A stretch of 64,000 nucleotides of DNA from Octopus vulgaris (GCA_951406725.2 OX597825.1:59396001-59460000), one strand, 5' to 3'. Positions 14,465-27,984 are shown, counted from the stretch's first letter. A program made the numbers and translations. The notes: generated by a model not told the origin, from the sequence alone.

Positions 14465-14856
14465 AGGAGGCGCAATGGCCCAGTGGTTAGGGCAGCGGAC
14501 TCGCGGTCATAGGATCGCGGTTTCGATTCCCAGACTGGGCGTTGTGAGTGTTTATTGAGCGAAAACACCTAAAAGCTCCACGAGGCTCCGGCAGGGGATG
14601 GTGGTGATCCCTGCTGTACTCTTTCACCACAACTTTCTCTCACTCTTACTTCCTCTTTCTGTTGTACCTGTATTTCAAAGGGCCGGCCTTGTCACTCTCT
14701 GTGTCACGCTGAATATCCCCGAGAACTACGTTAAGGGTACACGTGTCTGTGGAGTGCTCAGCCACTTACACGTTAATTTCACGAGCAGGCTGTTCCGTTG
14801 ATTCGGATCAACCGGAACCCTCATCGTCGTAACCGACGGAGTGCTTCCATCCATCC
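14465..14856 (+). mobile_element. tRNA-derived SINE, family B, with TSD
   Basis: A-box TGGCCCAGTGG, B-box GTTTCGATTCC, (CCAT)n tail and a 10-bp TSD AGTTCTCAAT at 14455-64 and 14857-66. Confidence 0.9.
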
Positions 14857-15298
14857 AGTTCTCAATTAGCATATCTATTCAATTGGCAGAGTCACGACAA
14901 CGTCGGACGGAATGCATTGATGTATTTGTTCCAACTCTCTGTACTCTTAGTTCGAATCACGCCGAGACTAGCATGTCGTTTAATCCTTCTGGATCGATTC
15001 GATAAGTAAAGTATCATTCAAAGTGTTGGTGTCGATTCTTCTTCCTCACAAACTCTTTGTCTGACTGTTTGCCTGTCTGTTTGGCTGCCTGATTGGCTGT
15101 CACTTCCTACTATGCTCTCTCTCCCCGAGAAAAAACGGTGCCCTACAAATAAATAAATAAATAAATAAATAAATAAAAAAAAGGAAAGAAAAAAGAGAAG
15201 CCACACCACATTTGCATACTATGTGCTTCTCAGGGAATCACAAAGAATTATTAGTCAGTCCGATAGTTTCTAAATTTAATGTCAAATACACACACACA

Positions 15299-15357
<59 letters not shown>

Positions 15358-15859
15358 ACACACAAACACACACATGCATACATACATGCATGTATATACC
15401 TCGAAACTACACTCTGTTAGTGCTCGTTGGTTCAGGGGTTCTAGGTTTTTGGAGAGTGTGGAACAACTACCGCCTGACCACTTTTGCCTCCAGCTCTGCT
15501 CTGACACAGCGGAGTAACCCCTGTCAAGGTCCTAGCTATGGGTTAAAGACTGGATCTGGTGGAGTCTGCGGAAGAAGACTTCACGGTTCAACGGAAGGAA
15601 AAGAGGTTACACAACACATTATGGAGTGTGCAGAGAACAAGATGAACCAGTTAGACCATCTGGTCATCGAATGCATTCGTCCTGACCTGATCTTGCCACT
15701 GGATTAAAGATAGTCACGGGTGAGAGAATCAGGTTGACGGTGCGCAACTCCTTTACTTTTTATTTGAAACAAAGTTACCACGCAAGTCATCAATCATCAA
15801 TCATCAATCATCGTTAAGAATGAGTAGGAGGTCCTCTTCTCTCCGACGGATTAACTTGT

Positions 15860-16250
15860 TTATATAAATGTATATATATAGTTAAATCAAATAAACAAAC
15901 AATAAAAATTAGCAATAACAAACAGCAGGAGGACGTGCACAAGGAATGTATTAGTTTGACATTCAGTAAAAAGAGAGAGTTGTTGACGTTTCGAGTATAG
16001 CTCTTCGCCGGAAAGTAGCAAAGGAAAGGTTCAAAGAAGGAAAAGAAATCACCAAGAGCATGTGTGTAGTTAATCCCCCTGCTTCTACCTCTCTCCTCTC
16101 CTTCCACGTGACCGGTGTTCGGCCAAGCCTGACCTTTCTTTCTTGGTTCTACTTCCATCCGTGCAACATCTATATTCTTTCCCATGCCTGTCATCTCTAA
16201 TGTCCCTGCCGTAAGGCTTCACTTCCACCCACACCAGCTTAATTTAATTC
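15860..16250 (-). mobile_element. Penelope-like 3' terminal (pLTR) remnant with degenerate HHR motif
   Basis: The minus strand reads CCGGCGA-AGAG-CTATA-CTC-GAAACGTC at about 15985-16012. It shares the GTAT(A)TTAGTTTGAC segment with the pLTR at about 16810. Confidence 0.5.
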
Positions 16251-16769
16251 GTCCTTAGTCGAAAGACACCTGTTGTTAATGTCGAGGACATTTGAAATAG
16301 TAACCACGAGTGTAATTGGTAGAACTGTTTACAGGTCTGACTTTGTGCGGACGTCCTAGTATGCAGTCATGCAAATTATATTCATCTGGAGGGTCGCACT
16401 GATGATCTACGGACATTTATATAAGTAAAATTACGTAATATGTTAATAGTGAAACATGCAAATAATCCATTTTTATTGCTTTTTCTTTGGTCTTGCTCGA
16501 TTATGATTTGGTTGTTTTGCTAACTTTTTCTTGAGAACATTTCTTAGTGGTAAGACCATAGCGGATCTATTTCTAGCATATAGGTGTCCACATAGTGGTT
16601 TCCCTCTAATAATATGTATATAATACAATTTTACTGAACCTTCAGTTTTTTTATATGCTAGACCACTGGTGTGAAATCGATGTTAATTAAATTAATATCT
16701 AATTTCTCACCCTCATTTTAAATTTATACACGCACACACACACACATATATGTAATAGTTGAAATTTAT

Positions 16770-18046
16770 AGAAAAGCAGAAGACGAAGACAGATGTATGA
16801 AGAACAAGCAGGTATATTAGTTTGACGCTCGGAAAAGTGAAAAAGTTTTTACGTTTCGAGCCTACGCTTTTCAATAGAAAGGCATAAGAGAAAATAAACA
16901 GAGAGATAATAAAATAATTTATGGATTTAACGGTCAAGTATGGCGACTGATTAGAAAAAAAGTTTGACAGAAGAGGTTGATAGAAGAGGGGAGATAAAGT
17001 ATTGCTGATCCCAAAACGAAGGTGCTAGTGTGTGAGAATGTTTGTGTGTGTGTGGATAGGGGTTAATGACTTTGATGGGTGTGGATGTATGCATGTTTAA
17101 GTGTTATTGCCGAGTCTGATGTCTCGGAGGTGCTCTGCGAATCGGTCAGCAAACGACGTCCCGTTTGACCGATGTAGAGATAAGAGTAGAAAGAGTAGGA
17201 GATGCTGCAAATGACGTTGCTAGAAGTGCATGTAAAGCAGTCGGTGATGATAGGGACGATGATGGGTGCCTGTGAGGATAGTGGTGTTGGAGAGGTAGAG
17301 GCAAGTGCGGTAGTGTGGGCAGGAGCAGGGGAACGTGCGAGGTTAGATGGGGTTAGGGAAGAAACTGTAAACCAGGTGGTCATGCAGGTTGTGGACTCCT
17401 TTGAAGTAGGAAAGTGGTAGGTTGGGGAAGATGTGTGAGGTGGAGGGGTCAGACTGGAGTCACCGGAAGGCTCAGAGAATAGTGCGTTGGAGAGACAGGC
17501 TGGAGGGGTGGTAGGTGAGGGGAAACGGGAGTCGGGCAACGGTGGAAAGGAAGCGGGGAAAGAGAGAGCAGAGGCATGATCCACAGAACGTGTTCTGGTA
17601 AGGGCTGTGTGGATAGTGGTGAGGCGTTATCCATGAAAGATGAAGTGGCGAGCCATGAGTTGAGACTGAGTCTCGAAAACATGGTTGTCACTCCAGATCC
17701 TGCGCAGAAGGAGGAGTTGGGAGCTTGGTGTGGGTAGGATGGGAGGAGGAAAAGTTAAGGTAGGAGAGTGATTCGGTGCGTTTGTAGTGGATGGAGGTAG
17801 TGAGGACGAAGTGGTGTATGCTAACAGAAATGTCGAGAAATGCGATGGAAGTGTTGGAAATAGCGCAAGATGGGAGGATGGGACAAAAGAGCAGAGGAAA
17901 TCTAATTGTTTGCGGGAGACTGAGGTCGCGCCGATACAGTCATCAGTATAACGACCGTTTAGTGTTCGGGAGTGGGAGCAGTCAATCGTGAGAATATTTG
18001 GTCCTCAACGTAACCAACGAACAGGTTCGCATAGTTGGGACCCATT
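16770..18046 (-). mobile_element. Penelope-like retroelement (RT C-terminal part, GIY-YIG domain, pLTR with degenerate HHR)
   Basis: Minus-strand translations include [29 protein letters not shown] and a frameshifted RT-like region. The downstream pLTR has CTATTGA-AAAGC-GTAG-GCTC-GAAACGTA at about 16850-16877. Confidence 0.8.
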
Positions 18047-18048
18047 CT

Positions 18049-18088
<40 letters not shown>

Positions 18089-18102
18089 TTATTTATATAT
18101 AT

Positions 18103-18267
18103 AGGTTCAGCAAAAATTTAGATTCAGATAAATATGGTACTTAAATTAAAGGCACCAGAATTTGGTATGGTATTATCCATATAAATTAAATGGGGTGATT
18201 ATAATCAAAATAAGCAACAAGGATATCCAAAGGTAGTGTAGTACACTACCTTTGGATATCCTTGTTG

Positions 18268-18271
<4 letters not shown>
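18103..18271. mobile_element. Short insertion in (TA)n ending in a perfect 30-bp hairpin
   Basis: 18211-18240 (TAAGCAACAAGGATATCCAAAGGTAGTGTA) is the exact reverse complement of 18242-18271. TA repeats lie on both sides. Confidence 0.65.
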
Positions 18272-18344
<73 letters not shown>

Positions 18345-18678
18345 ATGTATATTTGTGTATAGTGAAAGTACGTGGCCCAGTGGTTAGGGTATTACACTCA
18401 CGAGATAGCTAGATCGTGGTTTCAATTCCTGGAGCGTATTCTTGAGCAAAGCACTTCATTCCACGTTGCTCCATTCCAATCAATTTTAAATGGGTAACCC
18501 TGCGAATGTTGGCCTGCTCGCCTAGCCAGCGGGATGACATATGTCATGAAAGCTAAAACGATGCAAAGCGCATTATGGCCAGCGATGTGTAACAGCATCC
18601 GATAGTCACCTCGATCACGTGATACATACATACATACATACGTACGTACATTCGTATGTATGTGTGTGTGTGTGTGCG

Positions 18679-18726
<48 letters not shown>

Positions 18727-19093
18727 TGTGCGTAACTTAGCGGTCCCTGTAACTTAGCAGTTCAGTAAAAGAGCCAGTTAGAATAAATACTTGAGTTAAA
18801 AAATAAGTCCTGGGGTCGATTTGTTCCACAAAACCCCTCAAGGCGGTGCTTTAACATGGCCGCAGTCAAGTCACTGAAAGAAGTAAAGGGATAAAAGAAC
18901 AATATATATTTATATATATATACACGATACGCTTCTTTCAGTTTCCGTCTACGAAACCCAATAACAAGGCTTTTGTCGGCCCGTGATTATGGTAGAAAAT
19001 ATATGCCGAGGGTGTCACGTAGTGGGACTGAACCCGGAAACATGTGGTTCGAAGCAAGATTCTTATTACAGAGAGAAAAAGAAAGAAAGAAAG

Positions 19094-19135
<42 letters not shown>

Positions 19136-19555
19136 TTGAAAGAGAGATGGATAAAGAGAGCGAGTGTGTGTGAGAGAGGGGGAGAGAAAGTGGGGGAGGT
19201 GTGTGGTAGAATCGTTCAAAGTTCGAAAAGAATGCCTTGCACGCTAATTCTTCCGGTTCTTTATGCTCTATCTTCGAATTCTACTGAAGCCAGCTTTGTT
19301 TTCATCATTTCGTGGTCGAATAATAAATTATCAGTCAGGTATAAGGGTCGTCGATGTAATCAACTAATATCCCATCCCCTCAAAATTTGTGGCTTTTTGT
19401 CTAAATCAGACACCATTAGGAAACAAACTGTTGATAGACTGCTTTTTTATTCTAGTTTGAAATTAAATGTACTTTATTTATATTATTAATATATTCAATA
19501 ATAGTGGAATACTGCGAACGTGCAAATTTAGACTGCTTTCACTTTCATTTGTAAA

Positions 19556-19950
19556 TCTTTATATATAAAAGTAAGGTTGTGTGTCTGTCTACTCCGATTT
19601 AGATTCCTAACTACTCCCACATTTTGCGGTGCAGTTTAACCAAAACCGGGTATCTTATAGTCGTGATTCATATCGAGCCCTTCTGGGTATTAGCGCGCGT
19701 CGACGATGAGTCTACGATTTTAAAAATAATTTACCATCATTTTTTTCCATTTTAATGCATTTTTTTTTAAATATAAAAGAAGTAACTCTCTAAAAATGTC
19801 TACGATGAGTCAACGATTAAAAAAAAAAATTACCATCATATTTTTTCCATTTTTAATGCATTTTTTTGCTGTTTTTTGGCTATAACTCTCTAAAAATGCT
19901 TTATAGTTATTTCCTTTACAAATCCGAGCAACGCCGGGCGATACTGCTAG
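19556..19950 (+). mobile_element. Non-autonomous Helitron
   Basis: 5' end A|TCTTTATATATAAAA; 3' hairpin CCGAGCAACGCCGGG followed by CGATACTGCTAG|T. Inserted between A and T with no TSD. Confidence 0.8.
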
Positions 19951-19981
19951 TAAGAAATAAAAGTTTAAAAATTATATCTAA

Positions 19982-20487
19982 CTAGCAGTATCGCCCGACG
20001 TTGCTCGGGTTTGTAAGGGAAATAACTATATAAGCATTTTTAGAGAGTTACTTCCCTTATAAATTCGGGCTTTCTTAGCCATTTTTGTTTTGGTGTCTTC
20101 AAGCCATGAAGTCGTTGTTCTAAAAGAACGCTGGTTTCCTTCACAACGCATTACGACGTTGATTTCTTTACACTCCCTTCCCCACAGCTTCACGAGGGAG
20201 GGAAGGGGGAGAAGCAAACAGGTGCAGCTGTGAGCGTGGACGCCAACTCCACCGCCATCGACATACGATGCATTTTATGCATTAAAATGGAATAAAAAAT
20301 GATGTTAAATTATTTTTAAAATCGTAGACTCATCGTTGACGCGCGCTAATAGTCAGACGGGCTCGATATGAATCACGACTATAAGATACCCGAATTTGGT
20401 TAAACTGCACCGCAAAATGTGGGAGTAGTTAGGAATCTAAATCGAAGGGGACAGACACTCACACAACTAGAGTTTTATATATATAGA
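19982..20487 (-). mobile_element. Non-autonomous Helitron, related copy tail-to-tail with 19556-19950
   Basis: Minus strand starts TCTATATATATAAAA and ends CCCGAGCAACGTCGGGCGATACTGCTAG|T. The body is homologous to the neighbouring copy. Confidence 0.8.
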
Positions 20488-21959
20488 CGACCGATAAAAA
20501 GAATCTAAGGGAGATAATTTTATATGAAATTGCACCAAGGGAAATTTTTGAGTAAGAGTTATTTCCCTTGGTAAGTTTCTCTTCCGTTTAATAGAATTCT
20601 GTATGTCGTGTGCGATCATAAATTCTCCTCTCAGAGGATTCCTCTCTTCTCGTAGACTTCGTAAAGGATATTTTATTTTAAATGAAAGACCATCAGTTTT
20701 TCCTGTAGGCAAGTCTTTCCCTCTTAACTTTGACCTCAGCAAGAATCGTTATTTATTCAGTTGCGCAGACTCTTCCAAGTTAGCAACCTTGCTAATTAAC
20801 AAAGAAGCCAAGAAGAATAGAAACGGGAAAACTCGGAGCACAGCAACGGAGGGACGCTTCAGCTGTCAGCTTCGAACAAATGAATAAAATGTACAACTTC
20901 GTTCGTACGTTCGTTCCTTTGCTTCTTTTCTTCCATCCTTTACTTCTTTTCTTCCTTCCTTTGCTTCTTTTCTTCCTTCCTTTGCTTCCTTGCCTTGCCT
21001 GCCGGCCAACTTTTAGATATATCCAGCACAATCGGAACCCTAACAAGCTGTGAACACTGTCTCTAAACCTTTTCTCCTTTTGTTAAAACAGATTAAAAGA
21101 AAACAATGTTGCCGATTAATACTACTGACGGAGATGATGGTGGTAGTGAATGGCACTAATGCTGCTGTTGTCTTCTTTCTTCTAATCAGAACTCACGCCA
21201 TTAACCACAAAGAATAATCTCTAATTCGAGCCTACTCTAAGCTACTAAGATTGCGTGTGGCAACTTGGAAGATCCACCCACCACACGAGATTGACTGGCG
21301 GTTGCACGGGCGCGAAAGCTACGTTGTTATCCTCTTTCCGTAAACGGTGGCTTCTAACAGATGGAGAGCTGAACCTTCCTGAGGTGCAGAGGATTTGCAA
21401 TCTAGACAAGGGTCTGAAAGTTTATCACACCATAGGGGGTTACATCAGGGTTCCTCTACTTTGTGGCAGAAGTAGGAAGAAAGAGTAAAGTTGTGGTGAA
21501 AGACTACAGCGGGTTCACCACCCTTCCCCTTAGGTATTTTTGCTCAATAAACACTCACAATGTCCGGTGTGGGAATCAAAACCGCGTTCTTACGACTGCG
21601 AGTCCGTTGCCCTAACCACTGGGCCATTGCGCCTTCACTGCTGCTGTTGTTGTTGATATTGCTGTTGTTTCAAACTCTGGTAAGATCTGGTCAGGCTGAT
21701 CCATTTAGAAAGCGTTCCAGTAATGACCCTCTTATTTTAGTTTCACGCAGTGTATCCAAGATTACATTTATCAAACACGTGCCCTTTTTATTTTTAAAGT
21801 GGCGAGGAGTGACGTTTGAGAAGAATTTGGCTAGTGTTTCAAACAAATCTAATCACAATGGAGGAGTCTTTGATATTCTTTGTATGACAATGAGAAAGGT
21901 GATGATGATGACGACGATGGTGGTTGTAGAGATGGTTGTAGAGTGGTGGTAGAGGTTAT

Positions 21960-22096
21960 ATGAATGATGATACAGGGAATGAGAGAGTAGAAGGCTATGT
22001 TTGGGAAGAGATAGGGAGATAGATACTGTGTGAGAGAGAGAGAGAGAAAGAGAAAGGGGAGAGAGGAGGAGGAGCAAGCGAGCGAGTGAGTGAGAG

Positions 22097-22148
<52 letters not shown>

Positions 22149-22326
22149 GATAACCAGAGATATAAGGGATAGAGATAGACACATAGACAGTAAGACATAT
22201 ATACAGACAGACTGACAGACAGAAAGACAGACATACAAACAGATAGATAGATAGATAAATAGATAGAAAGATTGATAGATAGATAGATAGACAAATAGAT
22301 AGATAGATAAATAGATGGATAGATAA

Positions 22327-22385
<59 letters not shown>

Positions 22386-23580
22386 GATAGATAGATAGAT
22401 AGATGGATAGATAGATAAATAGATAAACAGATAGATGGATAGGTAGATAGACAATAAGATAGATACATAGAGATAGATAAATAGATGGATAGATGGATAC
22501 ATAGAGAGAGAGAGAGGGGGAGAAAGAGAGAGAGAGAGACAGAGAAACAAGTGTTTCAAAATCATTTTTATCTTTTACGTGTTTTAGTCATCAGACTGCG
22601 GCCATGCTGGGACACCATCCTGATGAATTTTAGTCGAACCAATCGACCCAGTACTTTTTTAAAGCGTAGTTCTAATTCTAGCGGTCTCTTTTACCGAAGC
22701 GCTCTGTTACAAGGATGCAAACAAACCAACACCAGTTTTCAAGCGGTGGTAGGGGCACAAACAACACATACACACACATACAAGTACACACACGCGCGCG
22801 TACACGCATGCGTATATGAATATATATCTTTATAGGACGGGCTTCTTTCAGTTTCCATTTACTAAATTCAATCACAAGGCTTTTTGCCAGCCCGGGATTA
22901 CAGTATATACTTACCCAAGGTGCCATAGAATGGGATTGAACCCAAAACCATATGGTTGGGAAGCAAGCTTTTTACCTACACAACCACACCTGTAGGAAAT
23001 TAGATATAAACGACGGGAAGAAAGAGAGAAAGAAAAGTACACGAGAGAACAAAATTTAGTAGGATCCGGATTATCTTCATCACATAGAACTTTGGGATAT
23101 CTTCGGAGGAGTTCACTCAGTAGCAAGGAAACTCAGGCTTGGCCTTCGCTTCGTGGCTATTTTCCTCTCCATCTTGGAGACACTAAACGATGAACACTGG
23201 CTTCTGTCTTGGTTAAAAAGATTAAAGTAATATGTGGAAGTGTAATAATAATAAGAGAGAAAGAGAGTAAGGAAGACAGGTAGACAGAGATAGAGAGAGG
23301 GAAGGTGAAAAGAAAAGGGAGAAGCAGAAAGATGGAGACAGAGGAAGAGAGAAAGAGAAGAGGAAAGAGAGGAAGAGATGAGTAGAAAGATAAGGAAAGA
23401 AATTGAGAGACGGAGGAGAGAGAGAGAAAGAGAATGAGGGAGAGACAAAAAGAGAGAATTGGAGAGAGGTGAAAATAGAGAAAGAGAGAGGGGAAGGAAA
23501 GAGAAAGAAAGGTAGGGGAGAATAGGAGAAAAGGAGAGAAAAAAAGGACAGAGAGTGAGGAAAGGAAAGGTAGAGCAAAT
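21960..23580. repeat. (GA)n, (GATA)n and purine-rich low-complexity tracts upstream of PRCC
   Basis: Directly visible; interrupted by a family-A SINE at about 22570-22995. Confidence 0.85.
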
Positions 23581-23745
23581 AACTTAGAGAAACAGCAAAG
23601 AAGCTATTTTCAAGTCAGAATTAGGTTAAAGACGGAAATAGAGGAAGGAGAGTAGACACAAGGGAGATAACCAGCTTGTCGAACTAGGATTATCGTCCTT
23701 GCCAGCGATTCGCTTGTTTACGAAATCGGAATTCTAAACACAAAT

Positions 23746-23986
23746 ATGTCTTTGGTAGGTTATGGTTCCAGTGATAGTAGCGGCAACAGCGATGAAGAAG
23801 ATAACCATCTACCACCATCAGGTGGAAAAAGGACAGCCAATGCTGCCAGTGGTGTATCTAAAATTGAATCTAAACCTCAGAATGGTGTAGAAGGACAGCA
23901 AAAGGCAGTGATTAACGGCACCAAATCGGACAATGTTTCTGTTGGCGAGGAAGAAGACGACCTACGTGGAAATAATTTGTTTAAAG
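23746..23986 (+). CDS. PRCC: Proline-rich protein PRCC orthologue, coding exon 1
   Basis: ATG in AAATATG context. N-terminus MSLVGYGSSDS resembles PRCC MSLVAY.SSD. Donor AAG|GTAATA, phase 1. Confidence 0.88.
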
Positions 23987-25884
23987 GTAATATGCATTAT
24001 GTAATATGTATCTGTTTTTTTGTTTAAATAAAACGCTCAGTGTTTGAAAAAGAGGGAGAACTTTTATGGAGAAATTTAATTTGTTTGAAATAGCAGAAAA
24101 ATATTTCTTAAATCGCACTCTGTTGTTTTATAAATAATAAATAACACATCGGACGATGTGGTCTTAAATACGGAATATTTAAAAGAAACAGAAAGCAAAC
24201 AAAAATATGGGGTAGACTTAGTTTGCACGCTAATGACAATATGTTTGTAAAATCAGAGCTGATCTTCAGGTGCAAAGCTAAATTAAAAGCGCTGACAGGG
24301 GACAATAACAACGACAATAATATATTTTTCATACATATGAGTATTATAAAATATTCTGGCTCAGTCCTTGAAATTCAACTCGTTACGAATACATAGATAT
24401 TGAAGCCATATTCTAAAATGTCTTTGATCATAAGTTTGCTTAATTAAAGCTGAACTCGAGGCTAAACACCCACAACAACAATAACAACAACCGATACATA
24501 TTTCGTCGTCTTCAGAAGATATGGAAGAGTTATAAGTGACTTCGGTTGGATTTGAACTTGTGATATAGTCAGGCGAAACTAAATACTATCCGCCCTATGA
24601 CAGTTTATTTCAGTTACTTAATCTCATTAAGGTAATAATTATGATTTTCTTTTACGCATATACTCTCCATTAAAAAAATATGATTGTCTTAGAAGGTCAT
24701 AAAATAACTGACGTAGTGGTAATTTGAAACCACGTAAAGTGTGTTGTTGAATTGTGTTGGCAAAGTTTTGGTATATCTTATCTCTTACTCATGGGGAAGG
24801 AAAAACAGAATATAGAACAGAATATTGTTGTTTAATTCTATTTTATTTATTCCTGTGTTTCATACAACGGGAATTACAGTTGTGAAAGAAACCCCCCACC
24901 TAATAAATTGTTACTTTTCTTTACATTTTTACTCCTCTCGTAATCCCGTGCCATATTCATTATTTCCTCTTTCCCCGAGAAATAACGACGTTGGCTGTAT
25001 TTCAAAACTCTGCCATCGTTTTCGTTTCTTTTTTGGAGAGCTGATCCGTCTAAGGAACTGATTCTGCCCCCACCTCCTTAGAATAAATGTAAGGTGAACA
25101 ACTTCGATGGACTGTTTAAAAGTTCTTTATCCTTATCCCCACTTCTCAAAACCTATCTATTTTTTTCCATATTTAATATACCGGGACGTATACTAACAAT
25201 ATTATTAGAATGGAATTTCCTCTACATCAGTGCATTCCCCAGTCACTTAGCCATGAATCATTGAACGGTGGATCCTTCGATATTCTTTACATTTTGCTTC
25301 CTATAAATAAAGAAAACAATTTTGTTAAAAAATTGGTTGCTATTCTCTCAGTAAAAGTTGTTCCCCTTCGATGAACGTGGACATAAGGGGTGAAGGGGAA
25401 ATATTGGAGAGAATGTGCTGAAATGGTAGTTAGGGAGATGTTGGACAAAATGCATAATTAACGCCCAATTAAGAGTAGCAAATTTGTCTACATTTGTTAT
25501 TAACTTCAGATCATCCTCATTTCATAGATCTCTCATCAAACGTATTCCAGCAATGACAACTACGTCTTATATTCAGGTTCAGTGCATCTAGGATTTTTGT
25601 TCAAGATGGTAGAGTGTGATGTAAAGGAGGTTTGGTTGCTATTTCTAGCATGTTGATCAACCATGTGAAGGTTCCAATATTGGTTCATGTTATTGTAAGT
25701 GTTGTTGGGGATGCAGTGTCGATGTTGATGGAAGTTAACTCATACCTGAGTACAACCACTTCTTAGACACAGATAAGCACTAATCAAAGTGTTACAAAAA
25801 CAGAAGATGTAACTGCACAGGATGGCCTGAGAATTGCAACTGCTCTTATCTATTCTGTACCTGCTGCATGCTCTCAGGAATACA

Positions 25885-26117
25885 CATTTCTTTACTACCC
25901 ACAAAGGGCTAAACATAGAGGGGGCAAACAAGGACAGACAAAGGAATTAAGTCGATTACATAGACCCCAGTGCGAAATTGGTACTTTATTTATCGACCCA
26001 GAAAGGATGAAAGGCAAAGTCAACCTCGGCGGAATTTGAACTCAGAATGTAATGGCAGACGAAATACGGCTACGCATTTCGCCTGGCGTGCTAACGTTTC
26101 TGCCAGCTCGCCGCCTT
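25885..26117 (-). mobile_element. tRNA-derived SINE, family C, with 16-bp TSD
   Basis: Head AAGGCGGCGAGCTGGCAGAAACGTTAG, central GCCTTTCATCCTTTC..GGTCGATAAA segment (Nin/Sauria-type domain-like) and TSD TGCTCTCAGGAATACA at 25869-84 and 26118-33. Other copies at 30978-31212, 47779-47993 and 56803-57682. Confidence 0.88.
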
Positions 26118-27283
26118 TGCTCTCAGGAATACAGAAACTACAGAAGTAGTGGTTTTCATTGTTACAAGAAGTCTGCTTATCTAATTTAGACCTTTATTAT
26201 TCACATGGTGATATTTAAAAAGCACCCAGAACACTCTGTTAAGTGGTTGGCACTAGGAAGGGCATCCAGCCTTAGAAACCATGCCACAACAGACAGTTGG
26301 AGTCTGGACAGCTCTCTGCTAACCAGCTCTATGTCAAACCATCCAGCCCATACCAGCATGGAGACCGAACATTAAAGCGATGATGATGATAATGATGATG
26401 ATTTGTTTCTCTATTCAGCATGTTGGGTGATATTCCTTACAGGACTGGTAATTGTGTAGCGGCTCTGTCAGACAAAAAGCTTTGAGCATATGTTCTGAAT
26501 TCACTCCCTACATTGGTTAGCTTCAACTTTTCTTATCTTTTCAAGGTCGATAAATAAATTACTAATCTGGTGGACTGGGAGGAGTCATTTGAGGATTGGA
26601 CTGATTGCCATGTGGTATTTGTTCCGGTTCTTTGCATTCTGTGTTCAAATCCTGCCTTATTGGGGGTGGGCATAACACTCTCCTCCCCACTTCCTGACGC
26701 TTCAGTACCTTCAGCAGTATTCTGGCCGACAAGTTTGTTGTCTCTTCTCTCTGTCTTTCATATCCCTACTATAATGGCCTCTGCTCTTTGGGGCTGGCTG
26801 GTCTTGTACCTCTACCTCACAGGCAACCCTTTCCACTCATCTCTCCACCTTTTGGTAGCCTTGGTTTATCTACCAATCACTCTATCCAATCCTTCATCTC
26901 CAGAACATTTGCCTTCTGGAAGCTGTTCCCTGTCCACATATTCCTTTCAGCACTTTAAGTAGAATATTAACAATATGAACGTCACTGGTTTTTGAAGGAC
27001 TGCATGGATCATGAGCTTTGCTCCTTCCTCCTGACTCAGCAAATATAAAAGAAAAACACTATTTGGGCTGGGGGTCTCCAGTTTGGGTGTACCTTCTTCC
27101 TGCCTACTTTTTCTCTTGTTTTGAGGCCCTGTAATTGGTAATAGGTACTGCTCCTTTACCGAAGCTAAAAAATTAAAAACAAAAACTAAAAAAAGAAACT
27201 AAAAGAAAAAGAAAAAAACTAAATTACATTTGAATCATGATGAAGTCATGTGACTTTAATATTTCTTTATTTCCATTTGACAG

Positions 27284-27447
27284 TCCTACCAAAGCCACAG
27301 GAGAAACAAACAGTGAATGATGAAATATCTGAAGGAGATCTGGAAGATATTGTCAAACCAAAATCTTCACAGATAACATCTTTACCAAAACCTTTACCAT
27401 TGTTAAAAGGTTCTCATGTGAAAATCACTATTCCGGCATTGGATTCA
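27284..27447 (+). CDS. PRCC: PRCC coding exon 2
   Basis: Acceptor TTTGACAG; phase 1 continues V-LPKPQEK...HVKITIPALDS (PRCC-like VKI..P motif); donor TCA|GTGAGT. Confidence 0.88.
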
Positions 27448-27984
27448 GTGAGTTCAGAGTTTTTAAAAACTTTTTTTACTCCTTACTATAACCCCCACTC
27501 TCTCTCTCCCCCTCTAACTGCCACATCCTGGATATATTACTTGATCAAATGACAGGAGAGTCAAGAATTGTATCTGTGTCTGCATGCAACTATAATAAAA
27601 TAAGAAATGCGTCCTTTTTAAAGCCTAGCCAGGATCATGGGCCCGGTTTCTCGGTTTCTATGGCGTATGTGTCTCCCAGCTGGACGGGACGCCAGTCTAT
27701 TGCAGTGTTACTCATTTTTGCCAGCTGAGTGGACTGGAGCAATGAGAAAATGAAGTGTTTTGCTCAAGAACACAATGCATCGCCCGGTCCAGGAATCAAA
27801 ACCATAACCTTATGATCATGAGTTCAAGACCCTAACCACTAAGCCACGTGCCTCCAGGTGCCTAAAACAAGTACAAGTCATGGTTCATGCTATCAACCAA
27901 TACTCATTCATGAGTGGCAGATGGTTCACTTAACTGTTTTGTTACAATATTTCTGTTGAAATATTCTACCTTCGTTTCAAACAA

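Noticed and set aside
14466-14540. tRNA-like sequences with A and B boxes (also at 3657, 12394, 37165-37230 and others)
   Set aside because: They are SINE heads continuous with SINE bodies and tails; no complete acceptor stem, so not called tRNA genes.
16399-16460. CTGATGA...GAAACATG motif (similar weak hits at about 1100-1175 and 36097-36130)
   Set aside because: Stems cannot be built and cleavage-site pairing is absent; possibly old pLTR remnants but not supportable.
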